The notes beneath the pieces are model-generated. The model made no database searches, had not been told where the DNA came from, and saw only the letters and a list, made by a program, of their open reading frames with translations. A program made the translations under genes and the position numbers. This document shows positions 11,900 to 21,316 of a stretch of 21,316 nt of DNA, piece after piece (within the stretch, counting starts at the first letter, position 1; every line of letters begins with the position of its first letter). The stretch is from a bacterium (GTDB lineage Bacteria > SAR324 > NAC60-12), in contig CBDDTI010000095.1 in NCBI GenBank assembly GCA_965233585.1, forward strand, positions 1 to 21,316, given 5' to 3'.

Positions 11900-13564
11900 C
11901 AGTGCGGACACTCGAACCATGAACGCTATGGCTTTATTTTCGCTTTATTTGTACTTTTTTTTCACTTATTTTAATATTTTTTCCCAACTAGCCAATCACA
12001 GCCTCGAGTCGATGCAACGGCCGAGACTTTTTCCTGCCTTTTTTCCACGTTATTTTCAAAGTGGTGCCATGATTTCAAACAACGGCGGAGACATTTTTAC
12101 AATTTTTTTTCCGATTTTTTATCAATCACGGTTGTTTCGCTTCCTTACAAAAGTGGGATATTGTACCATTGAAACCAGTATAATGGCGCTTTCTGATGGA
12201 ATACTTGTGTTTTCCCACCACCGTGGCTATAAATAGCTTGCGTGCAAGAGACCAGATCTGGAGATAAGCTGTCAATCATGATGTTATAAATAACCGCAAT
12301 TCCTAATATTTGAATCATCTATTTTGGAAACAGCTTCGACAATTGCTATTTCGGTCTCATTGAGATCGAGTGAGCGATGTATTTTGTTTAAGGTAGCATT
12401 TTACCTGGTTGAAGCAAAACTCGCAGGTATTTTAGAGGTGGGGCGAGTACGAAGGCTGGAACAAAATATTGTAGTAATCAAATGAGTGAAACAGGTTTAG
12501 CGTCTAGTTCGCATTCGAGGCGTAGCGCAGTACTTCGATGGCAGGCTCGCCGATTTATGAATTACCCAATACAAGATTTCATGAAGTAAATTTGACACCG
12601 GTCTCATCAAAAAAGTGAAGTGTAGTACAGTCTAGTTGCGCAATTTGACCAAGAAAATAATCTTTTAAGTTGACGTTTACGTCTGACAATGACTCCGTCG
12701 GTAGTTGGCTAAGTTTTTTCTTCGTCATAAAACAGTCCTCCCGAACGCACTTTTTTGCACTTTGAGATGGCGAAAGATGAGGTGGCGAAACTCCATCCAG
12801 CAATAAGCGCTGTTGAAGTTCAGAAGTGTATGTGCTGGGCTTGCACAATTTCTCGGATTCAATGTAATCAACAACGTCTTGTGTAACAACATTACGAGTC
12901 GCTAATTTTCACGTCGGAGGAAGAGACATGTTGTTGTCGATGTCCACATAGTTTTGAACTACTTTATTGACATAGCCAATACTAACTCGCATTGTGCCTG
13001 AAATTCGTCTTTGGGAAAATCCCTGGTAGTGGAGATCAAGAATTCCCTCTCGATAAATATTTGGTAACGCGCTTTCATTATCGTAGATGCCTCGTTGCTG
13101 ATTAATCCTGAGATTACACTGATCTAATTATATCAAGACAAATAATAGAAAGTCATTTTTTCGTTCCCCAAAACAACAAAAATATCTAAAGATGCATCTG
13201 TTTAGATGAAAGTAGTACTTACTAGTATAATTTGCTGGAGCTTAGGCCATTTCACGGTGAACTGAATACCCGAGTCTGACTTCAGTGAACGCAAATTAAT
13301 TCCGGCCAAAAAACCCGCTAACCTTGTTTGGAATACATGTATAACCGTACACCGAAAAGCGTCTCAAACGTGTTGCGTGGAACAATAAAAACACTGAAAA
13401 AAAGAGAAAAAATGTCTGTGCCATTGCTTCGGTTCACAAATGTGATTGGTTAGTTCTGGAAAAATATAAAAAATAACTACAAGATAAGTGGAAAAAAAGT
13501 ACAAATAAAGTGAAAATAAAGTGAAAATAAAGCCATGGCGTTCATGGTTCGAGTGTCTGCACTG
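11900..13564 (-). mobile_element. IS630/Tc1/mariner-superfamily DNA transposon, copy with both termini (1665 bp)
   Basis: TA|CAGTGCGGACACTCGAACCATGAACGC ... GCGTTCATGGTTCGAGTGTCTGCACTG|TA; imperfect TIRs of about 100 bp; TA flanks; internal transposase remnant. Confidence 0.92.
12284..13250 (-). pseudogene. Paired-domain + DDE transposase pseudogene; predicted exons 13250-13223 and 13123-12284
   Basis: Manual translation: INQQRGIYDNESALPNIYREGILDLHYQGFSQRRISGTMRVSIGYVNKVVQNY...VVTQDVVDYIESEKLCKPSTYTSELQQRLLLDGVSPPHLSPSQS (paired domain), HFFDETGV, QPSYSPHL*NTCE, NCGYL*. Several in-frame stops; the second-Asp region appears deleted. Confidence 0.87.
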
Positions 13565-14490
13565 TAATTAGTCACGCAAAAGCGAAAGCGTGAGTTTTTC
13601 CCACAAGTTTTGCAGTTATTTTATCGGCTGTGGCTTAGCCTGCTGTGGCTTTGCCTATCGCGCTAAAAGCTGAATTCAACTTCGAACTAATATGTACATT
13701 ACCATTTTTGTTTTCTTAAGTCCAGGCAGCTGCTTTCAATCCGCTATCTGTGTTCAAAACTCGCTTGAAAGCGCACCGATCGCCTCGTTAATCGTTTTCG
13801 TCGCGGTTGAGCTAAGGGAAGGAAAATTATTCACAAGAAATGTTTGAGGGCTCCGTTCACCTTGATCTTCCATTCTGAGGCCACCTAAACATCGATTCAT
13901 GTTTTTAATTTTCATTTTAAGTGCCAAAGAAGTAATTTGTCCGTGTTAGGAATGAAAACAAGACCCTGGAAGTTTGTAGATTTGATCCGCAAAACGTCAT
14001 GATTAGCTGCACTATTCGAGCGCGTGATTTGAAGACAAAAAACCGTCTTCAATAGCACCGGGTCACCGCGTTTTTAAAAATTGTATACTATGACAAAATT
14101 AAATTTCCTTTTTTGGATATCGTCAAGAATCAGCCTTTTGATTTAATGTAGATTTTATGCCATTTTTATGCGACAAAGCATAGGCGCCCTTGGCCGGCGT
14201 GATTTTTATTTCCGGCCCTGCTGGCAGAAGAGACCTCTGCTAACAGGGAAGATTTTTATGAAAGCCGAGGCGTAATTCTGTTATCGAAATGAGTACACAG
14301 GCAGATGTTATTTTCTCTTTTCACATTAGTAATTAGAAGGTTTTTTTTCATTAAAGAATGTTTGCCATAAAATAGATTTTCATGTCCCGCGACAAACTTG
14401 TTGATGTGAACGACTCTAATGCATGCTAGTGTAAACGTGGGTTGCCAATGCAAAAGTGACCCCGGTAAAATTCACGAAGTGATTCTCGTT
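13565..14490 (+). repeat. Inner palindrome arm, left
   Basis: Reverse complement of 15085-16012, near-identical. Confidence 0.97.
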
Positions 14491-15084
14491 GTATTTAAGT
14501 ATGTAAGGCTGGCAAATTATCCTTGGCCCCCGCAGAGATTACGTGAGACCCTGAATGCGTCATTGTGTCAAGGGCTGTGCTGTAACCATTATCCCATAGG
14601 CTGCCCACAACAAGTCACCTTGACCGTTGTGGTCTGATTGCATTGTTAATCTGAATGAGATGTTATTTATAAAATTGAAGGAGCCAAGCCGCGCACAATC
14701 ACACACAATCAATTATGTGAGATCCTGAATGTGTCATTGTGTCAAGTGCTGCGAAATATTGTCTTTTCTTATCACAATGTGATCTGCATCATGGCAGCTT
14801 TCTATTGGTTACACCCAAAATCATGTTTAGTTATAAATGCACCATTATTCCGTGTAAGTTAGAGCACTTCTCTTCGGTGGCGTGCTGTACTGAGTAAGCT
14901 TTGTTCTAGTCGCTGTAAGGTTTTCGTTATTACTTGACACAGGAACGTTACATTAATTTTATTTTGTTTGTCTTTATTCTTAGATCTACGATTCACATCA
15001 GAAATTGAGGCTGGAAGCAAGACTACCCAATCAAAGGTAATCACTTTACGAATAGAGGAAAGATCAAATTATGCAGTATTTAAG
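14491..15084. other. Palindrome spacer bounded by the 9-bp direct repeat GTATTTAAG
   Basis: GTATTTAAG at 14491-14499 and 15076-15084, each directly abutting an arm. Confidence 0.85.
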
Positions 15085-16012
15085 AACGAGAATCACTTCG
15101 TGAATTTTACCGGGGCCACTTTTGCATTGGCAACCCACGTTTACACTAGCATGCATAAGAGTCGTTTACATCAACAAGTTTGTCGCGGGACATGAAAATC
15201 TATTTTATCGCAAATATTCTTTAATCAAAAAAACCCTCCAATTGCTAATGTGAAAAGAGAAAATAACATCTGCCTGTGTACTCATTTCGATAACAGAATT
15301 ACGCCTCGGCTTTCATAAAAATCTTCCCTGTTAGCAGAGGTCTCTTCTGCCAGCAGGGCCGGAAATAAAAATCACGCCGGCCAAGGGCGCCTATGCTTTG
15401 TCGCATAAAAATGGCATAAAATCTACATTTTAAAAATCAAAGGCTGATTCTTGACGATATCCAAAAAAGCAAATTTAATTTTGTCATAGTATACAATTTT
15501 TAAAAACGCGGTGACCCGGTGCTATTGAAGACGGTTTTTTGTCTTCAAATCACGCGCTCGAATAGTGCAGCTAATCATGACGTTTTGCGGATCAAATCTA
15601 CAAACTTCCAGGGTCTTGTTTTCATTCCTAACACGGACAAATTACTTCTTTGGCACTTAAAATGAAAATTAAAAACATGAATCGATGTTTAGGTGGCCTC
15701 AGAATGGAAGATCAAGGTGAACGGAGCCCTCAAACATTTCTTGTGAATAATTTTCCTTCCCTTAGCTCAACCGCGACGAAAACGATTAACGAGGCGATCG
15801 GTGCCCTTTCAAGCGAGTTTTGAACACAGATAGCGGATTGAAAGCAGCTGCCTGGACTTAAGAAAACAAAAATGGTAATGTACATATTAGTTCGAAGTTG
15901 AATTCAGCTTTTAGCGCGATAGGCAAAGCCACAGCAGGCTAAGCCACAGCCGATAAAATAACTGCAAAACTTGTGGGAAAAACTCACGCCTTCGCTTTTG
16001 CGTGACTAATTA
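15085..16012 (-). repeat. Inner palindrome arm, right
   Basis: Reverse complement of 13565-14490. Confidence 0.97.
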
Positions 16013-16019
16013 ATTCCAA

Positions 16020-16711
16020 CTATGTCAATAAAGTAGTTCAAAACTATGTGGACATCAACAACAACATGTCTCTTCCTCCGACGTGAAAATTAGCGACTCG
16101 TAATGTTGTTACACAAGACGTTGTTGATTACATTGAATCCGAGAAATTGTGCAAGCCCAGCACATACACTTCTGAACTTCAACAGCGCTTATTGCTGGAT
16201 GGAGTTTCGCCACCTCATCTTTCGCCATCTCAAAGTGCAAAAAAGTGCGTTCGGGAGGACTGTTTTATGACGAAGAAAAAACTTAGCCAACTACCGACGG
16301 AGTCATTGTCAGACGTAAACGTCAACTTAAAAGATTATTTTCTTGGTCAAATTGCGCAACTAGACTGTACTACACTTCACTTTTTTGATGAGACCGGTGT
16401 CAAATTTACTTCATGAAATCTTGTATTGGGTAATTCATAAATCGGCGAGCCTGCCATCGAAGTACTGCGCTACGCCTCGAATGCGAACTAGACGCTAAAC
16501 CTGTTTCACTCATTTGATTACTACAATATTTTGTTCCAGCCTTCGTACTCGCCCCACCTCTAAAATACCTGCGAGTTTTGCTTCAACCAGGTAAAATGCT
16601 ACCTTAAACAAAATACATCGCTCACTCGATCTCAATGAGACCGAAATAGCAATTGTCGAAGCTGTTTCCAAAATAGATGATTCAAATATTAGGAATTGCG
16701 GTTATTTATAA
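16020..16711 (+). pseudogene. Truncated paired/DDE transposase pseudogene (second copy)
   Basis: ORF 16147-16416 is identical to 12579-12848; same stop codons as the left copy. Confidence 0.87.
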
Positions 16712-17095
16712 CATCATGATTGACAGCTTATCTCCAGATCTAGTCTCTTGCACGCAAGCTATTTATAGCCACGGTGGTGGGAAAACACAAGTATTCCATC
16801 AGAAAGCGCCATTATACTGGTTTCAATGGTACAATATCCCACTTTTGTAAGGAAGCGAAACAACCGTGATTGATAAAAAATCGGAAAAAAAATTGTAAAA
16901 ATGTCTCCGCCGTTGTTTGAAATCATGGCACCACTTTGAAAATAACGTGGAAAAAAGGCAGGAAAAAGTCTCGGCCGTTGCATCGACTCGAGGCTGTGAT
17001 TGGCTAGTTGGGAAAAAATATTAAAATAAGTGAAAAAAAAGTACAAATAAAGCGAAAATAAAGCCATAGCGTTCATGGTTCGAGTGTCCGCACTG
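16020..17095 (+). mobile_element. Second, inverted, 5'-truncated copy of the IS630/Tc1 element
   Basis: Reverse complement of 11900-12975 with two mismatches noticed; ends CACTG|TA; lacks the equivalent of 12976-13564. Confidence 0.93.
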
Positions 17096-17264
17096 TAATA
17101 CTAGTGCACTGCGTAATCATCATTAGAAGAACTTAAAATTCCCCAACAATATTTTGTTTCCTTCCTTTATCCAAGAAAAATAGACCCACACAATCTGCAA
17201 CAATCCACTTCACACTGTGGATCCATCGTGCAGAAGACGAACTATATTTACTCCTACAGTTACA

Positions 17265-17630
17265 TTTGGTTTGGCGCGATGGCAAGAAAGTGCGTGCAGG
17301 GCGTGCACTGTAATTAGCAGTAATTAGTCGCTCGTTCCCACTTTCGGTCGACGTCGTTGCATGACCTGTGAAACAGCGAAAAGTTTCAGAAGTTGTTCAA
17401 CGATCGAGGAGATATAATAAGTAAGCTTGTGCACACGACTAGCTTTCTCCGCAACCAAAAACAACAGTGTAGAAATCGCGTACATTAGCTGTAAAAATTT
17501 ACGATATAACTTCGATAAATCCGCCGAGAAACCTGAAGGACGAATATTGTTTCCCAGCCCCCATGTTACGGCTTGCGATTTCATCGGCTTCGTTGAATCC
17601 GTTGATCTGAAACTTCCCACGACAATTTTC
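17265..17630 (-). repeat. Diverged outer inverted repeat, right copy
   Basis: Reverse complement aligns to 11461-11802, roughly 80% with indels. Confidence 0.9.
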
Positions 17631-18060
17631 CACTAAAGCTGAAGTAGCTGGTTACCTCCATTTGGCATGTAAAATACTGAAGCATGACAGAAATTGTAAC
17701 TTGTGTATTATTAACAAGTAAGTAAATGATTTTTCCCGTGCAATCTTTTAGTCGTTGAAAAATTTGCACGAGCTTATTTAATCCAAATTGCATTTAAAAT
17801 CATTTAATTACCTATACGAATAATTTAATGTAAAATGTTTCCTTTCTACCTCGTTATCATTCCCATAAATTTGGAATAACAAATTGTTCTCCCTCCATAT
17901 AACCTCGATTGCCTTACACTAAACTGGCCCCAGGAACGCTTAACTAATGCCTTTTAGAGCATAGTCCCGATTTTTTGTTTGCTTTGATAAATGTCATATA
18001 TATTTTATGAGATGCGACATATTTCAATTCAATGCGAGTCAGTCGAATATTCGACTGATC

Positions 18061-19043
18061 CACGCCGGGGCCAAACGCTCCTAAAATCGGTCATCTAGAT
18101 GTCCAAAGTTTGATTATTTCATCATAACTCTAAATGTAAAAAATATCTCAAATGTCCACATTTTTTGACAACAAAATTGACATCAAATATCAAAATATGA
18201 CGTCACAATTAATGACGTCATGCCTTAACCTTGATAAAAAAATTCCAACTATTTTTTGTTTTTCTTTAGAAAGAGCATAGCGAGAGGAGTTAAAAGCTGA
18301 AAACCGTTTGCCCATATCTTAAAAATTAAAGGAGATATGACATTTTGCATTTTATAGAAATCTCAGTCCAAAAACGGTGACCCCCGTCAATAAATATTTT
18401 TAAATTGAAGTTGTGTTTTCTTGTTAGTAATCTCGCTTGTATTGCATGTTGACTCTCCTATATGAGTAGAACTGGTCCAGTTCAAAAAAATGTCCATCGA
18501 TGTTTTTCCTGCCCCTCTAAGCACCTTAAAATGTATTTGTGATGTCATTAGAAGTGACGTCATCAATTATTTAAGCAACAAAAACTTGTTTAATAATCCA
18601 AAACTAAAAAATCTAAAATCATACGATTTTTAGTAGTACTAAGTACTCTATATTACTACATTCTCAGAGTTCCTCGAAGAAAACTGAAGAAAACAAATTA
18701 AGGGGTTTTGATATTAGAGGAACAGTCTGGTTCCAGGGGGGAAGCGAAATTTCTTTAACTTGCTATAACTCGAGAAATATTTGTCATAGCGAGGAACGGT
18801 TTTCAGTATTGTAGTCCCCTTGGCCCTGGTCATGCTCTTTCAGATGGTATATTTGGTGGTTTGAAATTAGAAAACTTGTATACCACGTTTTGATGACGTC
18901 ACAAAATGGCATTTTGCCTTTTTTTACTCTGGAAATGATCAAGACGCTTAAGCAAGGCAGTGTGCAAAGTTTGGTGAGAAAATGTGTGAAGAGTGCAAAC
19001 TTGCCCTAGATGACCGATTTTAAGGTCGTTTGGCCCCAGTGTG
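18061..19043. mobile_element. Non-autonomous TIR element with CAC...GTG termini (CACTA/Chapaev/Transib-like)
   Basis: Left cacgccggggccaaacgctcctaaaatcggtcatctag vs reverse complement of right cacactggggccaaacgaccttaaaatcggtcatctag; ATC on both flanks; no ORF. Confidence 0.75.
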
Positions 19044-19066
19044 ATCCAGTCGAATATACGACTGAC

Positions 19067-19290
19067 GTTCGACAGTTGATTTAAACGCCGTATTTTACAT
19101 GTGCCGAATCGAATTCAAATTGTTATATAATTAAAGTTTGATCCAATGGTATTTAAAAACACGTCGCTCGCGCTCAGCAATTTTATTTGGCAAAAAAATG
19201 CGACGTTTAAATCAAACGTATTCATTCGAGTCGCCTAAAATTAGTGTTTGATTCGGCGCATGTAAAATGCGACATTTAAACCGGGCCTTA
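19067..19290. mobile_element. Small Harbinger-like MITE or fragment
   Basis: Inverted repeat tttaaacgccgtattttacatgtgccgaatc / gattcggcgcatgtaaaatgcgacatttaaa; right end GGGCC|TTA. Confidence 0.6.
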
Positions 19291-20117
19291 GACTACTTTA
19301 AAGTCTGCTAATTTAAAACTCACCTTCTCGCGGAGTGTTGCATTTACCATTCACCGCCTGTTAATTTAGCCCGTGTTAAATTCAACTTGTCAAAATGGTT
19401 TTCAAAAAGTCGTTCCGTTTTCGGCAGTCAACATTGCCCCACCTAGTCTGAATTTTCAAAAATCCCATTTCGTTGTTGTCAACTTTATCAGTCGGTGTTT
19501 AGAGATTTCATTTTGCTTTATAATTATTATACATTTTTTTTAATCTTTGGATTCATACCATTACCAAAAGACCATGATCTAGATCACACGGAAGTATCGA
19601 GGAGAACTTTGTTCAACACCTCCCTGAAAAAAAAAAAAAAAAATTGAAAGATAGTTTATCTCAAAAAAGTTTCTAAGCAAATGAGGGGAGGACAAATACA
19701 CAGCGACAGGAAACAAAGATGGGCCTTTTGATCTACGCCTGTTTGCATGACTTCATCACAAAATCGATACAGTATATTGCTTATAAGTACTACTGCTCGT
19801 GAGTACTAAATCCAGCGAGACCGCCTCACAATTCCTTTGTTTTCAATCTCCAACAGTTAATCTTTCCGCGTATAGGTTTTATTTGGCAAACTTTATTGTT
19901 ATTCACAGTATCAGCTCAGCAGTTGAAAGTCAATTTGTTTTTTTTCTTTTCGCTCCATTCTTCTACACCCGAAGGTCCAATTAGGAAAAAAAAATCAGCA
20001 ACCATATTACCACACCTATCATTGTCGCCTACCTAAAATACAGGTCGGGCTTCGGATAGATGACTGAAATTAATGATCACAAGTTAATGTGTCTGTTGGC
20101 AAACAAAAATACACTAA

Positions 20118-20633
20118 GGCCTCGTCCACACTAATCCGTTTTCGAACGAAAACGGAGCTGTTTTGCTCTGGATACGGCTCTCGTCCACACCACAACGCCG
20201 AAAACGATGACCGAAAACGGAGCCATTCGAAAACGCTCTCCAGGGTGGAGCGATTTGAAAACGATGCTTTTTGAAAACGCTGTTTTCTAGTGTGGACGGA
20301 GAAAACGATGCTACCTGAAAGCGGTGACGTCATCAAACCAGATACGACCGGGCTCCAGACCACTCGACCGTCATTATCTAAAATGGTGGACAGACGCTAC
20401 CATGTGGCTTCACTTTCGCGCCAATTCCGCGGGCTGATATATTGAAATGCGCATGTGTCCGGTTCATTTGTGCATGCGCTTTGAGTGTATAAAAGCGTTT
20501 TCAAAACGGATACGGCGTTGTAGTGTGGACGGGGGAAACGATACGAAAACGATAAGTGTGGACGCAAATCTTTTTGAAAACGAAGGAAAACAGCTCCGTT
20601 TTTGTTTGAAAACGGATTAGTGTGGACGGGGCC
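20118..20633. mobile_element. PIF/Harbinger-type MITE
   Basis: TAA|GGCCTCGTCCACACTAATCCGTTTTC ... GAAAACGGATTAGTGTGGACGGGGCC|TAA; TIRs of about 45 bp, 3-bp TAA TSD, many internal GAAAACG and GTGTGGACG motifs. Confidence 0.9.
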
Positions 20634-20950
20634 TAAAAGAAAGCGAGCAACGTCAACCACGAAGCTAAGGTACTTATTGTACAGAGATGTTTTTTCTTTG
20701 TATTTTTCCCTGATGACCGCGGTTAGTTTAAGAACAAGTTGATGGAGATCTGTTTTCGATTCTTTACAGTACAGCTATTAGACATTCTTTGCATAACAAA
20801 TTGTGGGAAGTTTTCCGATGGGATGACGAACAAGATTCTATCGCTGCGGTTAATATTTTGCATGGGATTTCAAGAAACTTGAAGAAGCGCAGTCACGACA
20901 TTTTGTGCTATTTTCAACATTGACAAAATACCTTTGAGTTGAAAACTAGG

Positions 20951-21282
20951 ACAGGAAAACACGGGAGAGATAACGATAAATCATAAAGGAGAACCAGGAT
21001 GGCCACAGATTACAAACAACGAACATCAAACGGCGATTTAGCTTCTTTAAAATAACTTTTCGTTGTTACATCATTTTGACTTGCCGAGAAATAAATGTCT
21101 GGCGACCTATGATGTGTGGTATCAAAGTGATACAGGAAATAGTTTTGTGCATGTCCGTCAAATCATTTCACAAGAGGTGAAAGAAACCAGAAAACTGTAG
21201 TCTAGTAATACATGAAAACACTAAATTAAAGAGATAATGATAAACCATAAAGGAACAAGGCTGGCAACAGATTACAAACTAC
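20951..21282 (+). repeat. Diverged ~70-bp direct repeat pair (20951-21020 and 21211-21282)
   Basis: agagataacgataaatcataaagga..ggatggccacagattacaaac vs agagataatgataaaccataaagga..ggctggcaacagattacaaac. Confidence 0.7.
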
Positions 21283-21316
21283 ACCAACATGTACATCGAA
21301 TTATATCGCCAAAACT

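Noticed and set aside
11817..12236. Hydrophobic 139-aa ORF and its mirror 16759-17076 as a membrane protein
   Set aside because: Crosses the transposon terminus; Phe-richness comes from the T-rich TIR; duplicated only because of the palindrome.
12579..13123. A host Pax gene
   Set aside because: Lies between TIRs, continues into DDE motifs and contains stop codons.
14502..15075. Spacer as a solo LTR (TGT...CA)
   Set aside because: No matching 4-6 bp TSD at those ends; the 9-bp direct repeat fits better.
20118..20633. CRISPR-like array from repeated GAAAACG/GTGTGGACG motifs, and ORFs here
   Set aside because: Irregular spacing and mixed orientation inside a TIR/TSD-bounded MITE in eukaryotic context.
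20879..21050. Kolobok-like MITE with TTAA ends
   Set aside because: Inverted ends too degenerate to support a call.

Overview
AT-rich eukaryotic DNA made almost entirely of transposons; the repeat types suggest a marine invertebrate such as a stony coral (inference). No intact host gene is supportable. Main contents: (1) a full-length but dead BEL/Pao LTR retrotransposon (3867-10511) with 177-bp LTRs, a TATTC target-site duplication (TSD), a tRNA-Lys primer-binding site (PBS), an internal 212-bp tandem duplication and a nested MITE. (2) A ~5.2-kb near-perfect palindrome (11897-17098) whose outer edges are exactly the TA-flanked termini of two inverted copies of an IS630/Tc1-type element, an architecture resembling a Tn10-like composite transposon. 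The decayed transposase carries a complete Pax-like paired domain, a predicted intron and a DDE domain. The central spacer is bounded by a 9-bp direct repeat, and older diverged inverted repeats surround the whole unit. (3) Several non-autonomous DNA elements with terminal inverted repeats (TIRs) and a (GGCGTC)n microsatellite. All alignments and mismatch counts were done by eye.
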